A stretch of 64,000 nt of DNA. Source: Clostridium sp. CAG:710 (GTDB taxonomy: Bacteria > Bacillota_I > Bacilli_A > RF39 > UBA660). Position 1 is the first letter of the stretch. Every line of letters begins with the position of its first letter. Below are positions 39,465-48,804 of this stretch, one piece after another. Below the pieces are notes generated by a model. That model was not told the origin of the DNA, made no database searches, and was given only the letters and a program-made list of their open reading frames with translations. The stretch is from assembly GCA_000432595.1 (NCBI GenBank), contig HF996851.1, positions 24,252 to 88,251 of the forward strand, given 5' to 3'. A program made the translations under genes and the position numbers.

Positions 39465-39496
39465 TAAAAAAGATTAGTTATTTTTAAAACTAATCT
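39465..39496 (-). terminator. terminator of the second XRE-TM gene
   Basis: AGATTAGTT (39471-39479) pairs with AACTAATCT (39488-39496). The A6 run at 39465-39470 is a T run on the minus strand. Confidence 0.8.
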
Positions 39497-39509
39497 AAAT
39501 TATAATTTG

Positions 39510-40118
39510 TTATTTACTTATAACTTTTTTATGCCATGATTTTTTATTGCAATTAGGGCATTTCATTTTTCTTGTTCTATTAACATGCATAGAAAACAAA
39601 ACACTTTTATAAGTTGGAATATATTTATAATTACAATTTGAACATTCATAGTATCCAGCAATTTGTTCGATTCTTATTGCATAACTTATTCCAATAGCAA
39701 ACGGAATAATGCCAAATACAATTAATACTATTCTTGTCCAATCCTCCATTTGAACAAAAGATGCAATCATAATGCAAAGAAACATAATTATTGATACTAT
39801 TACTCCAATAAATATTTCTAAGATAAGTAACTCCTTATCTCTTTTCTCTTTAATTTTTATCATTTCAAGTAAGTTTTCTTCTAATTTTTTTTCATTATCC
39901 CTCATATCCACAACACAACCACTAAATAGATCATTTATTGTAATATTTAATATCTTACATAATTCTTGAATATTAGAGGCATCAGGAATACAATTTCCGT
40001 TTTCCCATTTTGAAACAGCTCTATCTGTCACATCTAATTTTTCTGCAAGCTCACTTTGAGTTAATCTTTTTTCTTTTCTTGTTTCCTGAATAAATTTACC
40101 AATCTTAATTTGATCCAT
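39510..40118 (-). CDS. XRE-family HTH protein with TM segments and a C-terminal zinc ribbon
   Basis: MDQIKIGKFIQETRKEKRLTQSELAEKLDVTDRAVSKWENGNCIPD, two TM segments, and CSNC...CPNC. Confidence 0.8.
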   Translation of the reverse strand: MDQIKIGKFIQETRKEKRLTQSELAEKLDVTDRAVSKWENGNCIPDASNIQELCKILNITINDLFSGCVVDMRDNEKKLEENLLEMIKIKEKRDKELLILEIFIGVIVSIIMFLCIMIASFVQMEDWTRIVLIVFGIIPFAIGISYAIRIEQIAGYYECSNCNYKYIPTYKSVLFSMHVNRTRKMKCPNCNKKSWHKKVISK

Positions 40119-40173
40119 AAAGTTTTTCTCCTTTCAGATTAAATCATATACAAATTTTTATAAATTTAATACG

Positions 40174-40189
40174 AACTCAAAGTTGAGTT
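40174..40189. promoter_or_regulatory. perfect palindrome, candidate operator
   Basis: AACTCAA-AG-TTGAGTT, 56-71 nt upstream of the XRE gene start, in a divergent intergenic region. No T run, so not a terminator. Confidence 0.3.
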
Positions 40190-40424
40190 TAGTAAATCAC
40201 TATAAAAATATTATAACATAAATGCTACCATATTTATATTTTAATAAAATTAATATGGAAACATTAAAGACTATTTAAATGGTTTAAACTTTAATATATA
40301 GAATTTAAAATTAGAAAATATCTAAAATTTTAGCTAGAAAGCTTTATATTAAATATTATACATGATATAATTTATTTATTAATGAGGTAGATTTTGCGAA
40401 TTTATTAAAATATGGGAGAGATAT

Positions 40425-40946
40425 ATGAGAGATATGTATTTAAAGGGTTTAAGCTTAGCATTAGAGGATGGCTGTTACATAAAAGCATTTTGTTGCTCTA
40501 TGCACTATCCAATTGTTAGAGTAGAAAAGCTAAACGAAGAAACAGGAACAACAGAACTAGTTGCGTATGCAGAGCACAATAATGTTTTATGTGCACTTAA
40601 TGATGCTTCTAATAATATTATTAATGAAGCTGAAAACGCTCCTGAATCAGGAATTATATGTGAACGTACATTTTTAGATGATGTAATTAGAACGGGATAC
40701 ACATTAAGGTTTTATAAGCTTAATAATGATAATATTTTGTCAAGTATATGTACTCGTGGTGAAAAAGCCATAGTAATAGACTGTGTAATTTCTAATAGCC
40801 TTGAATCAGGTATTAAAGATCTAAATGAATCTTTAGAAATGTATTATAATGATACATATCACTTTTATAAGCACGCAAAAGAAGTAGTGAATAATTCAAC
40901 TGATATTTTAGAATATCAAAAAACCATTGGTTCTAAAGATAAGTAA
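40425..40946 (+). CDS. hypothetical protein
   Basis: 173-aa ORF with a GGGAGAG RBS. No family recognised. Confidence 0.45.
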   Translation: MRDMYLKGLSLALEDGCYIKAFCCSMHYPIVRVEKLNEETGTTELVAYAEHNNVLCALNDASNNIINEAENAPESGIICERTFLDDVIRTGYTLRFYKLNNDNILSSICTRGEKAIVIDCVISNSLESGIKDLNESLEMYYNDTYHFYKHAKEVVNNSTDILEYQKTIGSKDK

Positions 40947-40962
40947 TAATAGAGGTATTAAA

Positions 40963-41292
40963 ATGGAGAGAGTATACAACAAATTAGTAAGAGATAAAAT
41001 TCCTGATATAATAAAGAAAAATAATGAAGAGTGTATAATAACTACATTAAATGAAGAAGAATATAAAAAAGCCTTAGAAGATAAATTAGTAGAAGAATTA
41101 AATGAAGTGTTAGAAAGTACTGGAAATAATAGAATAGAAGAACTTTCCGATATGATAGAAGTTATAACTTCATTAGCGAAATTAGAAGGTAAAACACTAA
41201 ATGATGTTATAGAAGCTTCTTCTAAAAAGAAAGAAAAAAGAGGTGGATTTGATAATAAGATTTTTCTCCTTAAAGTAACAACTAAAGAATAA
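40963..41292 (+). CDS. MazG-like nucleoside triphosphate pyrophosphohydrolase (small all-alpha type)
   Basis: MERVYNKLVRDKIPDII...KLVEELNEVLES...EELSDMIEVI pattern. ATG 40963 follows AGAGGT. Confidence 0.65.
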   Translation: MERVYNKLVRDKIPDIIKKNNEECIITTLNEEEYKKALEDKLVEELNEVLESTGNNRIEELSDMIEVITSLAKLEGKTLNDVIEASSKKKEKRGGFDNKIFLLKVTTKE

Positions 41293-41306
41293 TAAATTCT
41301 TAATTT

Positions 41307-41342
41307 AAAAATACTTAGTTTTAAATTACTAAGTATTTTTTT
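41307..41342 (+). terminator. strong terminator after the MazG-like gene
   Basis: ATACTTAGT (41311-41319) pairs with ACTAAGTAT (41328-41336), extended by A/T pairs, then a T run. Confidence 0.85.
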
Positions 41343-41409
41343 ATACTGAACCTGCATATTGAAAAAATCTATATTTTGTGGTAACATAACACCTACAAGA
41401 GGGGATAGT

Positions 41410-41775
41410 ATGGTTACAAAAAAAATAGACCTATCATATATACTTGGTACGGTTTTGCTTTCTAGGGGAATTATTACTTATGAAGATTTATGTAAAATCA
41501 CTTCTAGAATGAGGCAAATAAATAAAAGTTACAATATTGATGATGATTATAATACTTTACTCGAAGTAGTTGATGAGTGGAGAGATTTCTTCTATATTGA
41601 TCCAGATGATATTAGCGTTGTAAAGTTTACCAAACAAGCAAACACTAATAGAAATACTACATCTATGGTTTTCGCATCTATGATAGATGATGATGTGTAT
41701 ATTGATATACATAAATCTATAAAATTTGTAAATGAGGGTAAAAAACTTCATCTTACTATTTTTAAGGGGGAATAA
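41410..41775 (+). CDS. hypothetical protein
   Basis: 122 aa from the ATG after GAGGGG. The listed start 41359 lies inside the terminator region. Confidence 0.45.
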   Translation: MVTKKIDLSYILGTVLLSRGIITYEDLCKITSRMRQINKSYNIDDDYNTLLEVVDEWRDFFYIDPDDISVVKFTKQANTNRNTTSMVFASMIDDDVYIDIHKSIKFVNEGKKLHLTIFKGE

Positions 41776-41777
41776 AA

Positions 41778-42506
41778 ATGGAAAGCATTTCCATGTTTGA
41801 TATTAATATTAATAGTGAAAGCTTTGAAGGGGGCTTTTCTGATAATTATAAATGTAAATTTAATAATGAAGAATACATGTTTAAAAAATATGAGTATCCT
41901 GACCAAATGATTTCTAAATTTTTTATAGATAAAATGGATGAGATAAGTAAACTATCTTCAATTTTGCCATATGTACCACGTTATTGGGTTGAGATAGGAA
42001 ATGAGAAAATAGGATATTTAACTAAAATCCATGATGGAAAAGATCTGGGACTATCAACTAATATTGGTGAAATCGCTGTATTATTAAAAGAAGCAAAAGA
42101 ACAGTTAATACTTATGCATGATATTGGATTAATTCATGGAGATATCCATTATTGTAATATTATGTATAGTGATGAATCTACAGATTTTATTGATTATGAT
42201 AACTCATCATATTTAAACTTTAATCCAGATGCCACAAAATATTCACTTAATGCATTTAACTTTGCTAAAGCATTTGGTATTTCAAAAGAATTAGATGTTT
42301 TTCTATTTAATAAAATGACATTTGAACTTATAAATGACCTTGATGGTAATAGAGAGGTTGAAAAAAATATTAGAGATAAAGAGTATGGAATTTTTACCGA
42401 TAAAGAATCAAAAAAGATATGTAGAGCCCTAATTCTAGAAGGAAAACCCTCTACTGAATTTTTGATAGATTCACCATCAGTAAAAAAATTAGTTAGAACA
42501 AGATAA
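41778..42506 (+). CDS. protein-kinase-like fold protein (APH/Kdo/RIO-like)
   Basis: EEYMFKKY (Lys), LMHDIGLIHGDIHYCNIMY (HGDxxxxN catalytic loop), DFIDYDNS (DxD). Starts 3 nt after the previous stop. Confidence 0.6.
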   Translation: MESISMFDININSESFEGGFSDNYKCKFNNEEYMFKKYEYPDQMISKFFIDKMDEISKLSSILPYVPRYWVEIGNEKIGYLTKIHDGKDLGLSTNIGEIAVLLKEAKEQLILMHDIGLIHGDIHYCNIMYSDESTDFIDYDNSSYLNFNPDATKYSLNAFNFAKAFGISKELDVFLFNKMTFELINDLDGNREVEKNIRDKEYGIFTDKESKKICRALILEGKPSTEFLIDSPSVKKLVRTR

Positions 42507-42593
42507 ATTTCTTGTTTTAATTTTGATTTAATATACAAAACGCTATCAAAAATTTAGAAATTAATGTATAATAACTAATGCAGGTGAAGTAAT

Positions 42594-45146
42594 ATGAAAC
42601 GTAGTGAAGTAGATAGAAGTAAACTTAGTCCAATGATGGTTCAATACATGAATATAAAAGATAAATATAATGATACCATTATATTTTTTAGGCTTGGAGA
42701 TTTCTATGAAATGTTTTTTGAAGATGCAATACTATGCAGTAGAGAACTAGAACTTGCATTGACCGGTAAAAATGCTGGACTTGATGAGAGAGTCCCAATG
42801 TGTGGAATTCCATATCACGCTTATAATACATATCTAGATAAATTAATTGAAAAAGGATATAAAGTTGCGATCTGTGAACAGTTAAGCGATCCAAAAACAA
42901 CTAAAGGTATGGTAGAAAGAGATGTTATTCAAGTAGTAACCAGAGGTACTATAATGGATAATTCATTAAAAGAAAAAGACAGCAACTATATTGGTAATAT
43001 CTATGATTTTGAATATTGCTATGGAATGAGTTATGTAGATATAACGACTGGACATTTTTACGTTTTAATGCTTTCAAATGATAAAAATAAAATTATAGAA
43101 GAAATAATAAACCGTGGTATTAATGAGGTAATAGTTAATAGTAAAATTGATAGAGAAATATTAAATACATTAAGAGAAACTTATCATATATTAGTTACAA
43201 TTACAGATAATATATATGAAGAAGAAAACTATAATAAAATCTATAGTGATATAGAAGATGTTAGATTAGTTACTACTATTAAACATTTATTGAAGTATAT
43301 AATTTCTGTAAAAAAAGGAGATCTATCTCACTTACAAAAAGCAAAAGTAATTAACCTAAATAATTATTTATTATTTGATGTACACACAAAAAAGAATCTT
43401 GAATTAACTATGACTATGAGGCTAAGAGAAAGAACTTATTCGCTTTTATGGCTATTAGATAAAACCAAAACCGCAATGGGAGGAAGATTTTTAAAAGAAT
43501 CAATTGAAAACCCTCTTACTGATGAAGTAGAGATAAAAAGAAGATATTCCATTATTGAAAAATTACTTACAGAATTCATTTTAAGAGAAGATTTAAGAAA
43601 TGCGCTAAGTAATGTATATGACTTAGAAAGACTATCTTCTAGAATATGTTATGGCAATTTAAATGCAAGAGACCTAATTCAGCTTAAAACAACACTTAAA
43701 GCCTTACCAGAGATTAACAATATACTTACAGAATTAAAATATGGGAAAAATATTGAAACTTTAGATGAATTATATAACTTGCTTTCCTCATCAATTAATG
43801 AAACTCCACCGCTAAGTATTAAAGAAGGCTCATTAATTAAAGAAGGATATAGTAAAGAATTAGATGAACTTAGAAGTATTAGTAGTGGCTCAAAAGATTT
43901 TATATTAAATCTAGAACAAGAAGAAAGAGAAAGAACAGGTATTAAAAATCTAAGAGTTGGTTTCAATAAAGTTTTTGGTTACTATATTGAAGTAAGTAAG
44001 GGAAGCATACCATTGGTAAAAGATGAGTTCAATTATGAAAGAAGACAAACACTTTCTAATTGTGAAAGATTTATTACTCCTCTTTTAAAAGAAAAAGAAA
44101 ATATAATTTTAGGTGCTGAAGAGAAAATAATCAATTTAGAATACAAATTATTTATGGATATTAGAGATAAAGTAAGAGAATATATTCCAACTATTCAAGC
44201 AATATCAAAAGTAATTGCAGAAGTTGATATGATGGTATCACTAGCTGTTGTAGCAGAAGAAAATAACTATGTAAAACCAGTAATTAATCATTCAAGAATT
44301 GTAGATATTAGAGATGGAAGACACCCTGTAGTGGAACACGTTAATAAATCAGATTATGTTCCTAATGACATAGTAATGAAAGACGGAGTAAATATTTTAC
44401 TTATCACAGGACCTAATATGGCAGGTAAATCAACTTATATGAGACAATTTGCGATTATAGTAATAATGGCACAGATGGGTTCTTTTGTACCAGCTAAAAG
44501 TTGTAATATTCCTATATTTGATAGAATATTTACAAGAATTGGCGCAAGTGATGATCTAGTTAGTGGAGATTCTACATTCATGATAGAAATGAAAGAAGCA
44601 AACATGGCAATTAGTGAAGCAACAGAAAATAGTTTAATACTATTTGATGAATTAGGAAGAGGAACAGCTACATATGATGGAATGAGTCTAGCACAAGCAA
44701 TACTTGAATATATTCACGATAAAATAAAAGCAAAGACTTTGTTTTCAACACATTATCATGAATTAACCTCATTATCAGGAGATCTTAGAAATTTAAGAAA
44801 CGTACACGTTAGTGCAGTAGAAGAAGATGGAAAAATAACATTTTTACATAAAGTTAAAATGGGTGCAGTTGATAGAAGCTATGGTATACATGTAGCCTCA
44901 TTAGCACATTTACCTAAATCATTAATTGATAGAGCAAGCGAAATATTAAGTGTATATGAAAATAAAAACAATAAAAAGCAACCATTTACACAAACAACTC
45001 TTTTCTTACAACCAGAAGAAGAACCAACAAAAGAAAGTAAAATAGAAGAAGAATTAAAACAAATAAACCCACTTGAGGTTACACCAATTGAAGCTTTAAA
45101 TATTCTATATAAATTAAAACAAGAATTAGAAGATAAAAATAAATAA
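42594..45146 (+). CDS. mutS: DNA mismatch repair protein MutS
   Basis: SPMMVQYMNIKDKYNDTIIFFRLGDFYEMFFEDA, Walker A GPNMAGKSTYMRQ, DELGRGTATYDG, STHYHEL. Confidence 0.96.
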   Translation: MKRSEVDRSKLSPMMVQYMNIKDKYNDTIIFFRLGDFYEMFFEDAILCSRELELALTGKNAGLDERVPMCGIPYHAYNTYLDKLIEKGYKVAICEQLSDPKTTKGMVERDVIQVVTRGTIMDNSLKEKDSNYIGNIYDFEYCYGMSYVDITTGHFYVLMLSNDKNKIIEEIINRGINEVIVNSKIDREILNTLRETYHILVTITDNIYEEENYNKIYSDIEDVRLVTTIKHLLKYIISVKKGDLSHLQKAKVINLNNYLLFDVHTKKNLELTMTMRLRERTYSLLWLLDKTKTAMGGRFLKESIENPLTDEVEIKRRYSIIEKLLTEFILREDLRNALSNVYDLERLSSRICYGNLNARDLIQLKTTLKALPEINNILTELKYGKNIETLDELYNLLSSSINETPPLSIKEGSLIKEGYSKELDELRSISSGSKDFILNLEQEERERTGIKNLRVGFNKVFGYYIEVSKGSIPLVKDEFNYERRQTLSNCERFITPLLKEKENIILGAEEKIINLEYKLFMDIRDKVREYIPTIQAISKVIAEVDMMVSLAVVAEENNYVKPVINHSRIVDIRDGRHPVVEHVNKSDYVPNDIVMKDGVNILLITGPNMAGKSTYMRQFAIIVIMAQMGSFVPAKSCNIPIFDRIFTRIGASDDLVSGDSTFMIEMKEANMAISEATENSLILFDELGRGTATYDGMSLAQAILEYIHDKIKAKTLFSTHYHELTSLSGDLRNLRNVHVSAVEEDGKITFLHKVKMGAVDRSYGIHVASLAHLPKSLIDRASEILSVYENKNNKKQPFTQTTLFLQPEEEPTKESKIEEELKQINPLEVTPIEALNILYKLKQELEDKNK

Positions 45147-45220
45147 ATTTCTAACTATTGTTATTTTACTAATAAATTAGTATAATTATCTTATAATATT
45201 AGTAGTAAAGGAGTTAGAGT

Positions 45221-45904
45221 ATGAATGTTATTGATGTAGCAGTAGTTTTACTTATATTATGTGCTGGTGTAGTTGGATTAAAAAGAGGGGTTTTTAAAGA
45301 ACTAGTTATGACTGTAGGGCTTTTAATAGTGTATATTCTTGCATTTAAATTAAAAGATCCTATTGCTAATTGGCTTAGTCTAAATCTACCATTTTTTAAC
45401 TTTGGTGGAGATTTCTATGGAGCAACAGCTCTAAACATTTTATTATATCAAGCAATTGCATTTATAATTATGTTTGCACTTCTTATGGTAGTGTTTAATG
45501 TAATATTAAGTATCACAGGAGTTTTTGAAAAGGTATTAAAATTCACAGTCATTTTAGGAATTCCATCTAAAATTCTTGGATTTATAGTTGGACTTATTGA
45601 AGGATACATTGTTATGTTTATGGTTTTATTTGTACTTAATCTACCATTCCTTAGAGTAGATGTAGTAGAACAATCACGCCTTAGAGAACCAATACTTAAT
45701 TCATCACCAATACTATCAAATGTAGCTCATAATGCGAATAATGCAATTTCTGATATTTATAAGCTTGAAAAGAATTTTATGAATAATAAAAATGTAGATT
45801 ACTTTAATAATGAAACTGTCAGAATACTTCTTAAATATAATATAGTTACTAGAGAATACATAGATAAATTAGAAGCATCAGGCAAAATAAATATTAATAT
45901 ATAA
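45221..45904 (+). CDS. cvpA: CvpA-family membrane protein
   Basis: MNVIDVAVVLLILCAGVVGLKRGVFKEL N-terminus, four TM segments. Confidence 0.75.
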   Translation: MNVIDVAVVLLILCAGVVGLKRGVFKELVMTVGLLIVYILAFKLKDPIANWLSLNLPFFNFGGDFYGATALNILLYQAIAFIIMFALLMVVFNVILSITGVFEKVLKFTVILGIPSKILGFIVGLIEGYIVMFMVLFVLNLPFLRVDVVEQSRLREPILNSSPILSNVAHNANNAISDIYKLEKNFMNNKNVDYFNNETVRILLKYNIVTREYIDKLEASGKININI

Positions 45905-45914
45905 AGGAGACATT

Positions 45915-46208
45915 ATGATAAAATTAGATAAAGAAAATTTTGATGAAGTTATAAAAGAGGGTAGAGTATTAGTTGATTTCTACGCTGACTGGTGTGGTCC
46001 TTGTAGAATGCTTGCCCCTGTTTTAGAAGAAATTTCAAATGAAAATATTATAAAAATAGTAAAAGTAAACGTAGATAATCATGAAGACATTGCTAGAAGA
46101 TATGGAGTTATGAGTATTCCAACACTAGTACTATTTGAAAATGGAAATGAGCAAAAAAGAAATACTGGTTTTATTCCAAGGGAAGCAGTAGAAGATTTTA
46201 TAAAATAA
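45915..46208 (+). CDS. trxA: thioredoxin
   Basis: VLVDFYADWCGPCRMLAP and MSIPTLVLFENG. Confidence 0.92.
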   Translation: MIKLDKENFDEVIKEGRVLVDFYADWCGPCRMLAPVLEEISNENIIKIVKVNVDNHEDIARRYGVMSIPTLVLFENGNEQKRNTGFIPREAVEDFIK

Positions 46209-46239
46209 AAAAAGCACTTTTATAAGTGCGTATCCAAAA

Positions 46240-46572
46240 CTATAAGAAGAAGCTTGGCTCTCCAGAGTTATTATAACTTGTTGATGGGGAAGAGTTATTT
46301 GTTGTAGTCATATTAGAAGAGTTGTTACTTACAACTTCTTCTTTTTTTGTATCATCGTCCCTAACTGCCCCCATAACTCTAAATACTGTTTTAGCGTTAT
46401 TTATTATTGGTTTTACTTGATAGGCAAGAGGTATAGCTTGATTTACAATATTTAATGTTTTTTGTGTATTATTTAGGATAGCTCCCCAATCGAATTTTGC
46501 CTTCAAACCAGCAAAAAATCCAGTTGGTCTTGTATAGTATGGATAAAAATTATTGAAGCCACTATTAAACAT
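46240..46572 (-). CDS. hypothetical protein (possibly YqfQ/VrrA-like)
   Basis: 110-aa ORF with a GGTGGA-type RBS and an Asn/Ser-rich C-terminus. Family assignment is from memory only. Confidence 0.4.
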   Translation of the reverse strand: MFNSGFNNFYPYYTRPTGFFAGLKAKFDWGAILNNTQKTLNIVNQAIPLAYQVKPIINNAKTVFRVMGAVRDDDTKKEEVVSNNSSNMTTTNNSSPSTSYNNSGEPSFFL

Positions 46573-46675
46573 ATATCCACCTCACTTTATTATATGAATT
46601 TGTTAAAAATTGTTTAATTTTAAATCAATATATGTTATACTTTATTAGAATATGGAATAATAGAGGAGGTTTACT

Positions 46676-48043
46676 ATGGGTATTTTTAAATCTAAAAACA
46701 GCAAAAATAAAGATAAAACCACTTTTAAACTTGAAGGAGATGAACTTGCTAAAGAGCTTGAAAGAGTAAAACAAGAAAGTAGTGAGTTCAAAGGCGAAAA
46801 AGTAGAAATCCAAGATAAAAAAGAAAAGCCAAAGAAACTAACTCAATTTAAATATGTAGTTAAAGCATCTAATGGTGAGAAAATAAAAGGTGTATTTGAT
46901 GCTGAAACTCAAGATGATGTTAGAATTTTTCTTGTTAATGGTGGTTATGAAATAGTAAGTATTGCACCTGTTAGTAAACTAGAACTTAATATAAATATAG
47001 GGTCTAACAAAATTAAAAATAACGATTTAGCTTTTATGTTGACACAATTATCTACATACGTAAAAGCAGGAATTCCACTTATTGATTCAGTTAGAATTTT
47101 ATCAAAACAAACTACAAAAGCAAACTATAGAAGAATACTAGATAAAGTAGTATATGAACTTATTATGGGTGAAAAGTTTTCTTCTGCACTTGAAAAACAA
47201 GGAAATGTTTTTCCAAAATTACTAATTAACATGGTAAAAACATCTGAAATGACAGGTGATTTATCAGGTACATTAGATGAGATGGCAGACTATTATACTG
47301 AAATAGAAAAGACAAGAAAACAAATGATATCAGCAATGGTATATCCAGCAGTTATATTAGTATTAGCAATTGCTGCCATTATATTTATTGTTGTAACAGT
47401 AGTGCCACAATTTATAGAAATGTTTAGAAGTAACAATGCAAAACTTCCAAGTATAACTCTATTTATAATTAATGCAAGTAACTTCCTAACACAAAAATGG
47501 TATATTATAGCAATTATTCTTCTTGTTGTTTTAATTGTTTACAGAACGTTATATAAAAACGTTAAAGGATTTAGAAAAGCAATGCAAACAATATTTATGA
47601 AAACTCCTGTAATTGGTAATGTAATTATATATAATGAAGTTGCTAATTTCACAAGAACATTTGCTTCACTATTAAACCATAACGTATTTATAACTGATAG
47701 TATGGAAATCCTATCTACAATATCAGATAATGAAATATATAAAGATATAATCAGTAGAACCCTAATTGGACTTAGTAAAGGTGATAAAATAAGCGAAACA
47801 TTTAAAGGAGAATGGGCATTTCCAATCATAGCTTATGAAATGTTAGTAACCGGTGAAAATACTGGTCAATTAGCACTAATGATGGAAAAGGTTGCAGATT
47901 ATTATCAGGAACTTCATAAAAATGCAGTTTCTATGATTAAAAGCTTAGTTGAACCAGTTATAATCTGTCTACTAGCTGTTGCAGTTGGATTTATTATGTT
48001 ATCAATAATAATCCCAATGTTCGATTTATATCAACAAATGTAA
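46676..48043 (+). CDS. GspF/PilC/ComGB-family type IV pilus or competence platform protein
   Basis: Two T2SF repeats (LAFMLTQLSTYVKAGIPLIDSV...; FTRTFASLLNHNVFITDSM...) and three TM segments. GGAGG RBS. Confidence 0.85.
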   Translation: MGIFKSKNSKNKDKTTFKLEGDELAKELERVKQESSEFKGEKVEIQDKKEKPKKLTQFKYVVKASNGEKIKGVFDAETQDDVRIFLVNGGYEIVSIAPVSKLELNINIGSNKIKNNDLAFMLTQLSTYVKAGIPLIDSVRILSKQTTKANYRRILDKVVYELIMGEKFSSALEKQGNVFPKLLINMVKTSEMTGDLSGTLDEMADYYTEIEKTRKQMISAMVYPAVILVLAIAAIIFIVVTVVPQFIEMFRSNNAKLPSITLFIINASNFLTQKWYIIAIILLVVLIVYRTLYKNVKGFRKAMQTIFMKTPVIGNVIIYNEVANFTRTFASLLNHNVFITDSMEILSTISDNEIYKDIISRTLIGLSKGDKISETFKGEWAFPIIAYEMLVTGENTGQLALMMEKVADYYQELHKNAVSMIKSLVEPVIICLLAVAVGFIMLSIIIPMFDLYQQM

Positions 48044-48059
48044 TACGAGGAGTGGTTAA

Positions 48060-48788
48060 ATGAATACACTTTATGTAGTTTTATTCTTTATATTTGGTAC
48101 TATATTTGGCTCATTCTTTGGAGTTGTTGGAAGTAGAATTCCAAACAATGAGTCTATAGTTACACCAAGTAGTCATTGTAATAAGTGTTCTCATAAATTA
48201 AAATGGTATGAATTAATACCAATTTTTTCGTATATAATTCAAGGCGGAAAATGTAGTAAATGTGGTAGTAGTATACCAATCCTTTATCCAATAACAGAAC
48301 TAATTAGTGGATTATTATTTGCAGTTTCTTACTTTTGTTTCGGATTTAGTACTAAACTTTTTATAGCACTCCTAGTAGCTTCATTACTAGTTATAGTTAT
48401 AATAACAGACGTTACATATTTAATTATTCCAGATGAAGTAACACTAACTTTTTCGATATTAGTTATTTTAGTTAAACTAATTAGTCTAGATTTTAGAGGA
48501 ACTTTTTATTCAATTTTATCAGGTATTTTGTTATTTTCACTAATGTATTGTATAATGATATTAGGTAACAAACTATTTAAAAAAGAAACACTAGGAGGGG
48601 CAGATATTAAACTGATGTTCTTTGTAGGACTAGTTGTATTTCCATCCCTTGGAATATTTACTATATTCTTATCTAGTTGTTTAGCACTCCCAGTTTCACT
48701 ATATTTATTATTAAAAGATAAAAATAGTATTATCCCATATGGACCATTTATATTAATGGCATTATTCCTAGTATACTGTTTTAATTAA
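48060..48788 (+). CDS. A24-family prepilin peptidase
   Basis: Zinc-ribbon CNKCSHKLKWYELIPIFSY...CSKCG, and catalytic Asp contexts IIPDEV and LGGADIKLM. Confidence 0.88.
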   Translation: MNTLYVVLFFIFGTIFGSFFGVVGSRIPNNESIVTPSSHCNKCSHKLKWYELIPIFSYIIQGGKCSKCGSSIPILYPITELISGLLFAVSYFCFGFSTKLFIALLVASLLVIVIITDVTYLIIPDEVTLTFSILVILVKLISLDFRGTFYSILSGILLFSLMYCIMILGNKLFKKETLGGADIKLMFFVGLVVFPSLGIFTIFLSSCLALPVSLYLLLKDKNSIIPYGPFILMALFLVYCFN

Positions 48789-48804
48789 AAAGGAGGAGGA
48801 TCCT

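Noticed and set aside
42594-45904. mutS is not followed by mutL, and trmD is not followed by rplS.
   Set aside because: This gene-order variation is common among Firmicutes and nothing in the sequence suggests disruption. It is noted only as context.
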